From Candidatus Lustribacter sp. (GTDB lineage: Bacteria; Vulcanimicrobiota; Vulcanimicrobiia; Vulcanimicrobiales; Vulcanimicrobiaceae), in NCBI GenBank assembly GCA_965277805.1, contig OZ255842.1, positions 1,536,001-1,600,000 on the forward strand: a stretch of 64,000 nt of DNA. The letters run 5' to 3'. The position numbers and the translations under genes were made by a program. The notes beneath the pieces are model-generated. The model was not told where the DNA came from. It worked only from the letters and a program-made list of their open reading frames with translations, and searched no databases. This document shows positions 9,310-19,789 of the stretch, piece after piece (position 1 is the first letter of the stretch; each line of letters opens with the position of its first letter).

Positions 9310-11399
9310 GCGACCGGCGCCGCGACGCGCAGGGTCGTCTCACGAGACCGTTCGCCTACCGCCGCGACCGTTACAAGCATATTCGACTCCTCATCGACGA
9401 CGACGCTGTCGCCGGGGTGAATGAGCGTTGTGGACGCGACTTCCTCGATGACTGCGGGTCCGCTGACAGCGACACCCGGACGGAGTTCATCGCGCCGGTA
9501 GATCGCTGTCTCGACATATCCGAGATCCTCGAAGAAAACCCGCCGTGACGATTGCCGTTCACCGGCATGCGCGGCGCTCTCGACCCGGACCACAGGCTTC
9601 GGAAGGTGCCCGTAGACTTCGACGTGCATCGCCACCAGTTCGGTCGGTGTCTTCTCGAACGCGTGTCCATAACGCAGTTCGTGCAGGGTTGCGAAGCGCT
9701 TCTGAAGGTCGGCGATGACGTCGCTTGACCCCAGCTCGGCGAACGGCAGGCGCAGCGTGAATTCCTGACCCGCGTAGCGCATCTCGACGGCCCGCACGCA
9801 ACGGATGTCGGCTTCGCTGAAGCCGGCACGGCGCATCCGCTCGCGTCCTTCTTCTTCCATCTGCGCAAAGTACGGCTCGAAGGTCTGCGCGCTCGATTCC
9901 GCCATCTTACAGATGCGGCTCAGCTTGAATGACTCCTTGGCATCCGAGAGCAGCATCCCGAGCGCCGAGAAGATGCCGGGATGCGGTGGAATGACGACGG
10001 TCTTGATCCCGAGTTCGCGCGCGATTGCCACGGCGTGTCCTGGTCCGCCCCCGCCGTAGGCGAACAGGACGAATTCGCGCGGGTCGTAGCCTTTTTGAAC
10101 CGTCATCTGACGGACGGCTTGCACCATGTAGGTGTCGGCAATTTTGACGATGCCGAAGGCCGCGTGCGATATTTCGAGGCCAAGCGGCCCGGCCACGTGC
10201 TGTTGGATGGCTTCTTGCGATCGATCGACGGAGAGACCGATGTCGCCACCCAGAAAATATGCGGGGTTCAAGCGGCCCAGCACGACGTTGGCATCCGACA
10301 CCGTCGGCCGCGTGCCGCCTTTGCCGTACGCAGCCGGCCCCGGTACGGCGCCCGCGCTCTCCGGGCCGACCTTCAAGGCGCCGAGCGCATCGACGTGCGC
10401 GATGCTGCCGCCGCCGGCGCCGATCTCGACGACGTCGACAACCGGAAGCTGCAGCGGATACCCGTGTTCCTCGCCGCCGATGAAGTAGCCCTCGGCGATG
10501 TCGAGCTGACCGTCGCGAACGAGACTGACTTTGGCCGTCGTGCCGCCCATGTCGAAGGCAACGACGTTGCGAAAGCCCGCGTTCGCGGCGACATGCGCGG
10601 CGGCCACGGTTCCGCCCACGGGTCCCGACTCCATCATCCGCACCGGCTGTTGACGGGCCAGTTCGATCGACATCGTTCCGCCGCCGGACTGCATGATCAT
10701 CGCGGTTCCGGCAAAACCACCGGTACGGAGGTAGTGCTGGATGCTGTCGAGATAGCCGCTCACGCGCGGTCCCACGTAGGCGTTGAGGACGCTCGTCGAG
10801 GTTCGTTCGAACTCCCGGTACTCGCGCACGATATCCGAGGAAATCGAAACGAACATCGGCCGCGACGCGTGTTTGCCGATGAGATCGCGGATCGTCCGTT
10901 CGTTCTCGGGATTCGCGTAAGAATGGAGCAAACAGACCGCAATCGCGTCGACGCCGGCCGCCTCGAGCTGTTGCAGCACGTCCAGCGCTTGGACGGCGTC
11001 GACCGGTTTGAGAACCCGGCCGTCGGCCAGCATCCGTTCGGCGATCTCGAGCCGGCGGCGCCGGGGTACGAGCGGTTCGGCCGTCGTGAACATCAGGTCG
11101 AAGGCGTTGATGATGTTGCCGCGCGCGATCTCGAGCGTGTCGCGAAAGCCGGCAGTCGAAAGCAGGCCGGTGCGGGCTCCTTTGCGTTCGATAACGGTGT
11201 TGATCGCGATCGTGCTGCCGTGAACGAAGTAATCGATGCCCGCGAGGTCGACCTTCGCTTTGGCCACGGCGTCGGCGACGCCGTTTTTGACATCGAGCGT
11301 CGTGCTCGCCTTGGAGATCGTGAGGACGTTGGTCGACGCATCGAATGATGCGAGATCGGTGAACGTCCCGCCGACGTCGGTTGCAACGCGTAAGCTCAT
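9306..11399 (-). CDS. Hydantoinase A / 5-oxoprolinase family ATP-dependent subunit
   Basis: DVGGTFTD, HGSTIAINT, SGPVGG, DMGGTT motifs; ATG 11399 overlaps upstream stop (ATGA). Confidence 0.92.
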   Translation of the reverse strand: MSLRVATDVGGTFTDLASFDASTNVLTISKASTTLDVKNGVADAVAKAKVDLAGIDYFVHGSTIAINTVIERKGARTGLLSTAGFRDTLEIARGNIINAFDLMFTTAEPLVPRRRRLEIAERMLADGRVLKPVDAVQALDVLQQLEAAGVDAIAVCLLHSYANPENERTIRDLIGKHASRPMFVSISSDIVREYREFERTSTSVLNAYVGPRVSGYLDSIQHYLRTGGFAGTAMIMQSGGGTMSIELARQQPVRMMESGPVGGTVAAAHVAANAGFRNVVAFDMGGTTAKVSLVRDGQLDIAEGYFIGGEEHGYPLQLPVVDVVEIGAGGGSIAHVDALGALKVGPESAGAVPGPAAYGKGGTRPTVSDANVVLGRLNPAYFLGGDIGLSVDRSQEAIQQHVAGPLGLEISHAAFGIVKIADTYMVQAVRQMTVQKGYDPREFVLFAYGGGGPGHAVAIARELGIKTVVIPPHPGIFSALGMLLSDAKESFKLSRICKMAESSAQTFEPYFAQMEEEGRERMRRAGFSEADIRCVRAVEMRYAGQEFTLRLPFAELGSSDVIADLQKRFATLHELRYGHAFEKTPTELVAMHVEVYGHLPKPVVRVESAAHAGERQSSRRVFFEDLGYVETAIYRRDELRPGVAVSGPAVIEEVASTTLIHPGDSVVVDEESNMLVTVAAVGERSRETTLRVAAPVA

Positions 11400-13123
11400 G
11401 CCGTCACCTTCGCTCCCGAACGTGCGGCCTGCGTTGCCGGTTCGTCGATCGCGCCGGCGGCCGAGACGACGACGCCGTAGTCCCGTTCGGCGGCCTCCGC
11501 CGTGATATACCCGTCGATCACGTCGTCCGCGACCGCCTCCACGCTGCGCTCGTGCGGATCGCCGTAGCCACCGCCGCCGCCGGTCAGAATTCGCACGGTT
11601 TGCCCGGCCGGAATGTCGTAGTCCACCCGGCGCGACATCCGCTGATCGCCGTCGGCGGTGATCAGGTACGCCTCGTTCCCGGCAGCCTCTTTGCCGCCGT
11701 AGATACCCCACGGCTTGCAGATCGAGCGGATCATGTTGCTACGGGCGACGGAATCCAGCGACATGTGCACGACGACGTCGGTGCCGAACCCGCCGCGAAA
11801 CCGTCCCGCCCCGGCGGAATCCGTCCGCAAGGCAAGCTTGTCGAAGACGACGGGATACTTCGCCTCGTTGATCTCGACCGGCATGCTGTGCTCGTTACCT
11901 TGCTGGATCGAACACTTGGGTGCCGGGCCGTCGTGGTTCGGTCGCGCGCCGTGGCCGCCCGGATGCGGGATGTGAATGCTGAAATATTTCCGCGTCTTGG
12001 CATCGAAGCCGCCGATCCCGACGCCTCGCGGATCGCCGCGCGTTGCGGCCGGAATCCGCCCGGGTGCCCCGTCCGCAACGGCTTTGAGAATCGTGTCGAT
12101 CACCGTCGGGAAAATCACCGACCACTCGTACATCGCGGCCGGCCGGCGCGCATTGAGGATCTTGCCTTCGGGGCAGATGATTTCGAGCGGCCGAAAGCAG
12201 CCTTCGTTCGAGGGCAGATGCGGCGTGGTCAGGCATTTGAACGCGATCCGGCCGACATTCGTGGCGCCGCCGTAGTAGCCGCTATTGATCGATCCCTTGA
12301 CCTGATCGGCAACTTCGGAAAAATCGATGATCATGCGGTCGCTGAGCATCTCGACACGCACGCGAATGTTTACGGGTTCGTTACCAACGCCGTCGTTGTC
12401 GAGGAACGACTCGGCCGTGTAGACGCCCGGCTTCGTGTTGGCCATCGCGGCGCGCGCCGCGGCTTCCGTCATGTCCCAGTTTTTTGCAATCGCTTCTTCC
12501 ACGACATCGAAGTCGAAACGCACGAGGAGCTCGGAAATTCGCCGATGGCCCAAGCGGCACGCAGCCATCTGGGCGTTGAGGTCGCCCATTACCATTTCCG
12601 GCAGGCGCGAGTTCGCTTCAATCAGATTAAGAACGTCCGGATTCGGCTTGCCCTTGCGATAGATGCGGGCAGCGCGAATCTGCAGACCTTCTTGAAAGAT
12701 CTCAGTCGTGCTCGGCGAGCCCGAACCGATTGTAGACCCGCCTACGTCGTGCAGGTGCGCGCGGACGCATGCGTACCCGAATAGCCGGTCTTCCCAGAAG
12801 ATCGGCGTGAAGACCACGACGTTGTTGAGGTGCTGCCCCTGGATGACCGGATCGTTGGTGGCAATCACGTCGCCGTCTTCGATCAGATCCTCGCCAAGCG
12901 TGTCGACGGCACCCTTAACGACGAATCCGAGATCGCCGGTGAACGCCGGATGCGTGTAACGGGACTGCGTGATGATGCGTCCCTTCCGGTCGATGAAGCC
13001 CACTGCGAAATCGCGGATCTCGTAATTGAAATAACTGTACGAGCTCTTCCAGAAACTCGTCGTCATTTCGTCGGCGAACGCCGTCAGCGACGACGAGACG
13101 ACTTCGAGCGTAATCGGATCCAT
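11396..13123 (-). CDS. Hydantoinase B / oxoprolinase family subunit
   Basis: MDPITLEV start, NDP..GQHLNN, HLHDVGG, QEGL, GGGGGYGDP. Confidence 0.92.
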   Translation of the reverse strand: MDPITLEVVSSSLTAFADEMTTSFWKSSYSYFNYEIRDFAVGFIDRKGRIITQSRYTHPAFTGDLGFVVKGAVDTLGEDLIEDGDVIATNDPVIQGQHLNNVVVFTPIFWEDRLFGYACVRAHLHDVGGSTIGSGSPSTTEIFQEGLQIRAARIYRKGKPNPDVLNLIEANSRLPEMVMGDLNAQMAACRLGHRRISELLVRFDFDVVEEAIAKNWDMTEAAARAAMANTKPGVYTAESFLDNDGVGNEPVNIRVRVEMLSDRMIIDFSEVADQVKGSINSGYYGGATNVGRIAFKCLTTPHLPSNEGCFRPLEIICPEGKILNARRPAAMYEWSVIFPTVIDTILKAVADGAPGRIPAATRGDPRGVGIGGFDAKTRKYFSIHIPHPGGHGARPNHDGPAPKCSIQQGNEHSMPVEINEAKYPVVFDKLALRTDSAGAGRFRGGFGTDVVVHMSLDSVARSNMIRSICKPWGIYGGKEAAGNEAYLITADGDQRMSRRVDYDIPAGQTVRILTGGGGGYGDPHERSVEAVADDVIDGYITAEAAERDYGVVVSAAGAIDEPATQAARSGAKVTA

Positions 13124-13156
13124 CGTATCTTCTCCACAGGCGGCAGGAAAGCACAA

Positions 13157-13178
13157 CAGTTTTAACTGAACGCGTTCA
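13157..13178. promoter_or_regulatory. Putative TetR operator (overlapping palindromes)
   Basis: Perfect 12-bp palindrome TGAACGCGTTCA (13167-13178) overlapping CAGTT-tt-AACTG (13157-13168), in the divergent intergenic region. Confidence 0.5.
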
Positions 13179-13215
13179 ACGGAAACTTACCTGATCGGAC
13201 TGAGGGTGTCAAGGC

Positions 13216-13890
13216 ATGAAGCGCGCTGCTTACCGGCTCGGTTTACGAGCAGGAGCACAAATGGAGCGCCGTCGGCGCGTACTCGAAGCAGCCGAGGCCC
13301 TGTTCCATGAAAAGGGACTCGAGGCGACCGGAATGCGCGAAATTGCCCAACGCGCGGGAGTCGGGACGGGCACGATCTTTTTGTACTCGCCCGACAAGCG
13401 GGGCTTACTCTTACTTATCCACAACGAGCAGCTGCGTCTGTGCCACGAGCGCGCGTTCGCAACGCTCGATCCGGCGTCCGGGCCCCTCGATCAGATCGTC
13501 CACGTCTTTCGCGCACAATACGAGTATCTCGCGCGGGACACGCGGCTCTCATTGCAAGCTATGCAGGAAGCCTCGTATTTCTCACGTGCGGATCGCAAGA
13601 TTCCGGAGCTCGAGGCTTCGGATTACGTGCGTCGCAAAGCGGCATCCCGCAAGCGCCTCCGGGAACTCGTCAGCAAGCAGCAGGAGCGGGGAAACATCCG
13701 GGCCGAGGTCGATCCGGTCGACGTCGTGGAGATCTCCATGGCAATCTACGTTAGCGAAGTCCGCGAATGGTTAACGTCGATCGAACTCGAGACCGATACG
13801 ATACCTGACGTTGCCCGGGGCGTCGAACAATTGCGGCATCGGCTAGGCTTGGCGTTGGCTGGTTCCATGACGTGTCTCCCGGCCCTTTGA
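13216..13890 (+). CDS. TetR/AcrR family transcriptional regulator
   Basis: AAEALFHEKG..TGMREIAQRAGVGTGTIFLY HTH. Confidence 0.9.
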   Translation: MKRAAYRLGLRAGAQMERRRRVLEAAEALFHEKGLEATGMREIAQRAGVGTGTIFLYSPDKRGLLLLIHNEQLRLCHERAFATLDPASGPLDQIVHVFRAQYEYLARDTRLSLQAMQEASYFSRADRKIPELEASDYVRRKAASRKRLRELVSKQQERGNIRAEVDPVDVVEISMAIYVSEVREWLTSIELETDTIPDVARGVEQLRHRLGLALAGSMTCLPAL

Positions 13891-13962
13891 GCTTAACCCA
13901 CCAGACCCCGAACGCAAGCTGAGCATGGAAAGCCGTCGCGGACGCGAAGCCGCCGAACGGTC

Positions 13963-14889
13963 GTGGCGATCAAACGCAGTTCGTTCATCGGCGGCATAGC
14001 GGCCCTCGGCGCTACGGCGCCGGCCCGCGCGTTCGGCTTCGCACGCGCGCTGGTCGTCGTCAACCGCCGCTGGGAGTGCGATGCGCTCGAGGACGCGTGC
14101 ACGTACACGCGCCTCCACGCGTTTCCGGCCCGCTATCAGCGTGCCGACACCGTGCGTGGTTTGCGCGGGCACTTCGACAGCGCCAACGGCAGCGTGGAAG
14201 TCTGGTGCATCGAGGATATGCTGCCGGCGGGCGCCGACGTGCGCAGTTCGGCCGACAAAGCGCGGGTGTTGCCGGCGCTCGTGGGCGGCAACAGCATGGC
14301 GCTCGTGGTGGCCGTCGGCACGGCGGCGAGCATCGCGGCCGAACCGCAGAACGGCAGCGTCATCATCGGTACGAATACGTTTGCGCACGACCCGCACGTT
14401 GCAGACACCACGTCACACTGGAGCCCGCCGCATCCCGACGCGCTCGTCACCTCGGCGTTGGACGCCGCGACCTTCCGAAACGTCATCGGCAGCGAAGCCG
14501 ATCTCACGTCGATCAACCAGTTCTTCTTGCCGGCGCCGCTTGCGCCCGCATTACGCCCGCGCGTCTTCGCCGACCGCTCCTTCGTCGCGCTTGCCGATAT
14601 AAACGTGACCCGCAACGAAGATTACTCGCTCGCCGACCCGACCGTCGTGCGCGCCTACCGCCGCTCGGGTGCAAGGGCACCGGTCGGCTCGCTCGAGACG
14701 ACACACGCCGTGATCCGCGCCTGCACGAGCGCTCCGTTCTTCTTCATCTCCGGCATCACGAACCGCGTCGGCGCATTCGAGGCCGAGGTCATGCCACGCT
14801 TCGATGCGCAAAATTTCGCGGCGTCGTACAACGCCGGCGTTACGGTGGCGGCCTTGGCCGAACGCATGCTGTATTACTTGGCGCACTAG
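13963..14889 (+). CDS. Hypothetical exported protein, possible nucleoside phosphorylase (PNP/UDP/MTAN) fold
   Basis: Tat-like KRSSF signal; VVAVGTAA, SLETT and FISGITN resemble fold motifs. Confidence 0.5.
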   Translation: MAIKRSSFIGGIAALGATAPARAFGFARALVVVNRRWECDALEDACTYTRLHAFPARYQRADTVRGLRGHFDSANGSVEVWCIEDMLPAGADVRSSADKARVLPALVGGNSMALVVAVGTAASIAAEPQNGSVIIGTNTFAHDPHVADTTSHWSPPHPDALVTSALDAATFRNVIGSEADLTSINQFFLPAPLAPALRPRVFADRSFVALADINVTRNEDYSLADPTVVRAYRRSGARAPVGSLETTHAVIRACTSAPFFFISGITNRVGAFEAEVMPRFDAQNFAASYNAGVTVAALAERMLYYLAH

Positions 14890-14935
14890 GCCTTTGGCCG
14901 AAGGCAACGCAGCTCTTCGCACTCTATTGTAGTGA

Positions 14936-16444
14936 ATGCGACGTTGGTCTTTAGCGGCGCTGGCATTTTGCTACCTCGCAATGGTTTCCGGCGTTGCGGC
15001 GGCTCCGGACGCCGCGCTGCCCGATGCGCAAACGCTGCGGGCGCGCATGACGGCGGCCGCGGGCGAACCGAACCTCAATTATCGTGAAACGATTGTCGGA
15101 AACGGCAGCGACGGCTGGGTCATCAGAACCCACTACCGCCGTGCGCACGACGAACTGACCCGGGTAACGCGCGGTCCGATTCACTTTAGTTACGGAATCG
15201 AACGGGGCGTCGATTGGCATCAAAATGCCAACGGTATCACGGTTCTCGATGGCCCCGAACCGCCCAGTGCCGGCGCGCTGAAAACGGTAACGGTCGTCAA
15301 GCGCGTCTCAACGCCGTTCGCTGCGTACGTGGTGAGTAACCTCGACGCCGGCGGTTACGGCGTGCGCGAATACGTCGATCCCCGCACGTACCTCGTCGTG
15401 CGCAGCGATGCGATCGGCCGGGCAGGAACGACGATTACCACCAACACCGCCTTTGCGCGTTTCGGAACGCAGGTCTTGCCCGCGGCGTGGCGCGTCGAAG
15501 ATAGCGCGTTCAACGACGACACGGCCTATACGCGAACGCGCTTCGTAAACGGACACACGGGCGTGACGGACGTTGCACGGCCTCTCGCGCGCCAAATCGT
15601 GTCGTTGCCGGCCGGCATGACGGCGATCGATTTGCACGCGCACTTCGCGGGCGGACAGATCTCAGTTCCGGTGTCGATCGCCGGCCGCACGTTCTTCTTC
15701 TTACTCGACAGCGGAGCGAGCGCGGTGACGATCGATGCGGCCATCGCGAAGCAACTCGGCCTGACGCTCGTGAACGCGCGGCGCGAAATCGCCGGCCGGA
15801 GCTTTGTTGCGCACGATGCGGTCGTCTCCGCGATTGACGTGGCCGGACTCCGAATGCACGACGTCGTCGCCGCCGTGGCGTCGATCGGAATGGGCAGCAA
15901 GCCGTCGGATCCGGTCGGGCTGCTCGGGTTCGACTTTCTCGCCGGCGTCGCCGTGCGCATCGACTACGAGCACCACCGCGTGCTCGCGATGAATCCGCGG
16001 GCGTACGTGTCGCCGCGCGGAACCGACGTATCGGAACTGCACTTGCGCCTCGGCTCCCAAGTGCCGATGGTCGATGCGAATCTCGGCGGTGCCGACAGCC
16101 GGCGTCTGATCGTCGATACCGGCAGCCCGAGCGCGCTGCTTCTTTTCGACTATTTCTCGCGGCGGCACGGCGACGTCTTGCGTTTCCCGATCGACGATAG
16201 CATGCTCGCCGGCATCGGCGGGGCGTTCCGGTCGCGCGCCTTTCGCATGCCCTACGTGCGCCTCGGTCGCTTCTCGATCGCCGACCTCGTCGCAGACGCC
16301 GTCACGTCGCGCGGCGCGTATCCGCAAGAGAACGACGGCCTGATCGGAAGCGATCTGCTGCAATTCTTCACGGTCGATCTCAATTATGCCGCGGGCCGGA
16401 TCTTTCTGCGCGCCAGACCGGCATTAAGGCATTTCGTTTCTTAA
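14936..16444 (+). CDS. Secreted aspartyl protease with two retropepsin-like domains
   Basis: FLLDSGAS...GLLGFDFL and LIVDTGS...GLIGSDLL; signal peptide. Confidence 0.85.
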   Translation: MRRWSLAALAFCYLAMVSGVAAAPDAALPDAQTLRARMTAAAGEPNLNYRETIVGNGSDGWVIRTHYRRAHDELTRVTRGPIHFSYGIERGVDWHQNANGITVLDGPEPPSAGALKTVTVVKRVSTPFAAYVVSNLDAGGYGVREYVDPRTYLVVRSDAIGRAGTTITTNTAFARFGTQVLPAAWRVEDSAFNDDTAYTRTRFVNGHTGVTDVARPLARQIVSLPAGMTAIDLHAHFAGGQISVPVSIAGRTFFFLLDSGASAVTIDAAIAKQLGLTLVNARREIAGRSFVAHDAVVSAIDVAGLRMHDVVAAVASIGMGSKPSDPVGLLGFDFLAGVAVRIDYEHHRVLAMNPRAYVSPRGTDVSELHLRLGSQVPMVDANLGGADSRRLIVDTGSPSALLLFDYFSRRHGDVLRFPIDDSMLAGIGGAFRSRAFRMPYVRLGRFSIADLVADAVTSRGAYPQENDGLIGSDLLQFFTVDLNYAAGRIFLRARPALRHFVS

Positions 16445-16619
16445 CGTCTCCGCGACGCCGAGTGCTGGGGATGTCACGGAATTCTTAGTCACGATATGTG
16501 CCCGCTTCAGCGTGCGGATTACCGGATAGGAACGCGTGCCGCGGGGAACTTGGTCTTCAACGCCGTGGTAGAATCTATAAACCAACCATCCCGTTGACAG
16601 CATGGAGGTCGTTTCCCTC

Positions 16620-17102
16620 GTGAACCTCACGCTCGAGCTCGGCATCGTCGTCCTAGTCGTGATCGGTATCGGCATCGCCATCGAAGTTTACCGGCTGAAC
16701 GCTGCGAAGCGCCGGAAGCGTCGCGCGGCGATGGGACCGCCGCGCCGCTCACCGCACCTCGAGCGCCGGATGGCCGAGGCGTTCCGCGGACCGCGCGAGG
16801 CATACGGCGACGTCTTCGAGGGCTTTTCCGTGATGCGCGTGGCGGACACCACCCAGATGGACGTCGCAACGAAGGGTCCGTGGCTGAATCTTAACCTCTT
16901 CACCCGGTCCCTGATCGTACGCCACCTCTGGCGCTCGCTCGAGAAACTCGCGCGCAACACGGTGACCGTGCGCGTCGACCCGGGTGCGCCCAACGCGATG
17001 CTCTGGACGGCGAAGCAGACGGCGGAATTCAACGACGGCGGCAAGATGGAGCCGTGGGCGCCGGCGCGCGGGAAAGCGGGGACCCTGATTTCCGGAGGCT
17101 GA
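16620..17102 (+). CDS. Hypothetical protein with N-terminal membrane anchor
   Basis: TM helix followed by a basic stretch; GTG 16620 follows GGAGG (alternative ATG 16602). Confidence 0.6.
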   Translation: MNLTLELGIVVLVVIGIGIAIEVYRLNAAKRRKRRAAMGPPRRSPHLERRMAEAFRGPREAYGDVFEGFSVMRVADTTQMDVATKGPWLNLNLFTRSLIVRHLWRSLEKLARNTVTVRVDPGAPNAMLWTAKQTAEFNDGGKMEPWAPARGKAGTLISGG

Positions 17103-17112
17103 AGTGGGCCTC

Positions 17113-18102
17113 ATGGATCAGCGACAACTCGGCCGGAACGGACCCCTCACCTCGGCCATCGGGCTCGGCTGCTGGGGCATGTCGGGCACCTACGGTGCGA
17201 GCGACGATACCGAGGCCCTGCGCACCGTCGACCGCGCGCTCGAACTCGGCATCACGTTCTTCGATACGGCCGATGTGTACGGGGACGGGCACAACGAAGA
17301 ATTTGTCGGCCGGTCGCTGCGCGGACGGCGCGACCGCGTCTTGCTCGCGACGAAGTTCGGGCGCACGTTCGGCGCGAACGGGTCGCGCGGCGTCAACGGC
17401 CGGCCCGAATACGTGCGCGAAGCCTGCGATGCCTCGCTCAAGCGCCTGGGCGTCGAGACGATCGACCTCTACTACTTACACCGCGTGGATCCGAACGTGC
17501 CGATCGAAGAAACGGTCGGCGCGATGGCCGAGCTCAAGACGCTCGGGAAGATCCGCTATCTCGGTCTCTCGGAAGCGAGCGCCGCTAACGTGCGGCGCGG
17601 CGCGGCCGTTCACCCGATCGCGGCGCTGCAGAGCGAATACTCCCTCTTCAGCCGCGACGTGGAAGACAACGGCGTCCTCGCTGCGATTCGCGAGCTCGGC
17701 ATCGCTTTCGTTCCCTATAGCCCGCTCGGACGCGGCATGCTTACGGGAACGGTCCGCAGCAATGAGGGCTTTCGCAATCAGGACCTGCGTTCGCACAATC
17801 CGCGGTTCGAGGGCGACAACTTTGCGAAGAATATTTCGGTCGTCGATCATTTGAGCGCGCTGGCCGCCGAGTTCGGCATCACGAGCGCGCAGTTATCGCT
17901 CGCGTGGCTGTACGCGCAAGGCAACGACATCATTCCCATTCCGGGAACAAAACGGGTCAAGTATCTCGAAGAGAACGCGGCCGCAACGAACGTGCACCTC
18001 ACCGCGGAGCAACTCGGGCGCATCGCCGCCGTTGCGCCCAAGGGCGTCGCGGCGGGCGCGCGCAGTCACGACCCGATCACGGTGCCGGCGGCGCCACGAT
18101 AG
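17113..18102 (+). CDS. Aldo/keto reductase
   Basis: [34 protein letters not shown]. Confidence 0.93.
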   Translation: MDQRQLGRNGPLTSAIGLGCWGMSGTYGASDDTEALRTVDRALELGITFFDTADVYGDGHNEEFVGRSLRGRRDRVLLATKFGRTFGANGSRGVNGRPEYVREACDASLKRLGVETIDLYYLHRVDPNVPIEETVGAMAELKTLGKIRYLGLSEASAANVRRGAAVHPIAALQSEYSLFSRDVEDNGVLAAIRELGIAFVPYSPLGRGMLTGTVRSNEGFRNQDLRSHNPRFEGDNFAKNISVVDHLSALAAEFGITSAQLSLAWLYAQGNDIIPIPGTKRVKYLEENAAATNVHLTAEQLGRIAAVAPKGVAAGARSHDPITVPAAPR

Positions 18103-18793
18103 CATCGGTCTGACCGGTCGCGGTCAGCCCGCGCTGAACGAAGCCCGACGCTTTCAACTCTTCGATGAGCGCGCTGATGTAGCGCACCGCTTCGGGGCCG
18201 TGCGTCGTCACCATCGCCTGTTCGATCACCATGAAGCGTCCATCCAAGAGCCGTACGCCGTCGTGCGTTTCCACGTACGCAGCGAGCGCGGCTTTCACGC
18301 CGGCCGCGACGTCGAAGCCGTCGCGCAAGAACGCCTCGATCGCATCGGCGCTCGTGGGTATGCGCGTGATCTCGGCATGCTTCAGCGTTCGCGTGAGGTA
18401 GAGATCGTATGCGCTCGCGTCGCCGACGGTCATGCGCGTGCCCGGACGGTCCACTTCATCGGCATGTTTCAGCGGCGAATCGTTGCGCACCATGTAACCG
18501 CCTTCGATCAGGACGTACGGCGGGGTGAAGCCGAGGTCGGCCGCGCGTTTCGGATCGATCGCCATGAACGCCACGTCGAACACGTCGTCTTTGGCGACTT
18601 TGACGACGTCGCCCGCGCCTTCGAACCCGATGAGTTCGAGCGGAACGTCCAGCCGGCGCGCCAGTTCGCGCGCGATGTCGACCGAAACGCCACCTGACTC
18701 AGCCAGCGTCGGCCCGCGGCGAGCCAAGACGACGTTGCCGAAGTTGATGGCCGCCCGCAAAACGCCCTTGGGTGCGATTACTTCCCGTTCCAC
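18077..18793 (-). CDS. Family-3-like substrate-binding domain protein without signal peptide
   Basis: [26 protein letters not shown] 18793 with GGAG upstream; the long ORF-track extension is spurious. Confidence 0.75.
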   Translation of the reverse strand: MEREVIAPKGVLRAAINFGNVVLARRGPTLAESGGVSVDIARELARRLDVPLELIGFEGAGDVVKVAKDDVFDVAFMAIDPKRAADLGFTPPYVLIEGGYMVRNDSPLKHADEVDRPGTRMTVGDASAYDLYLTRTLKHAEITRIPTSADAIEAFLRDGFDVAAGVKAALAAYVETHDGVRLLDGRFMVIEQAMVTTHGPEAVRYISALIEELKASGFVQRGLTATGQTDAIVAPPAP

Positions 18794-19719
18794 GAAAACT
18801 CCGATGCGTTGACCGGACCGGCCAGCAACTTGTATTTTGCGGCGGAGTCGAACACCGGCTGAATCAGCGCGGGATCGAGCTTCGTCGCAAAGCGAATTTT
18901 GGGATGCGCTTCCTTCGCGCCGGTCCACTTCGCGAGGATGACGGCAGCTTGTTCTTGGTTCTTCTGTCCCCACTCGCCGCCGGCGACGATCGCGTCGCTG
19001 AAGCGTTTGGCGACGTCCTTGTTCTTCTGCAGCCAGTCTTGGGTTGAAAACCAGGCCGTCTGCATGAAGACCTTGGCGATCGCATCGTAGCCGCTGGCGA
19101 GCACCTTCACTTGCTTCGCCTCGATCGCTGCCGACATCTCGGGATCGTTCATCACGGCGCAAGCGATGCGCCCTTGGGCGAGCGTTTCGGCCATCGCCGA
19201 CGGCGGCACTTCGATGCACTTCACCGAACTGAGATCGCCGCCGGTGCGATCGACCCACGCGTCGAGCGCGAGCTGATCGAGTCCGCCGACCGAGATCACG
19301 CCGACCGCTTGACCGTTGAGATCCTTCGCCCCCTTCACCGTCGAGTTCGGCGCAACGACCATCATTGTGGTGGGCACGGCGCCGTCGTAGTAGGCACCCG
19401 GCGCAAACATGACGAGCGGTACGTTGCGCTGATGCGCCGCGCCAAGCGAGAGAACGTTGGCGACGCCGCACTGCAGGTCGCCCCCGACGATCGCCGCCAT
19501 CGTCGTCGTTCCGCTGCGCAGTTTCTGGACATCGACGTCGAGCCCGTTCTTCTTGAAGAACCCCATGTCGGCGGCATAGAAAATCTGCGCGTTCGCCTCG
19601 ACCGATCCGGTGCCGACCCGCAGATGCAGCGGATCGGTCTGCGCGCGTACCGCAACCGGCGCAAGCGCGAGCGCGGCTGCCCCCATGCGAATGAGGCGCC
19701 CTCGTGATAGATTCGACAT
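18778..19719 (-). CDS. ABC substrate-binding protein, SsuA/THI5-like
   Basis: Tat-like MSNLSRGRLI; GFFKKNGLDV; GGAGG RBS. Confidence 0.85.
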   Translation of the reverse strand: MSNLSRGRLIRMGAAALALAPVAVRAQTDPLHLRVGTGSVEANAQIFYAADMGFFKKNGLDVDVQKLRSGTTTMAAIVGGDLQCGVANVLSLGAAHQRNVPLVMFAPGAYYDGAVPTTMMVVAPNSTVKGAKDLNGQAVGVISVGGLDQLALDAWVDRTGGDLSSVKCIEVPPSAMAETLAQGRIACAVMNDPEMSAAIEAKQVKVLASGYDAIAKVFMQTAWFSTQDWLQKNKDVAKRFSDAIVAGGEWGQKNQEQAAVILAKWTGAKEAHPKIRFATKLDPALIQPVFDSAAKYKLLAGPVNASEFSWNGK

Positions 19720-19789
19720 CGCCTGGTCCTCCATTGCTTCTAGGCTACGGCAAGAGGAATGGATTTTCCGCGCCTTAATAGCGGATTCT

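Noticed and set aside
16473-16493. GTCACG direct repeat as a possible PhoB/OmpR box
   Set aside because: Spacing is 15 bp, not about 11; only two copies
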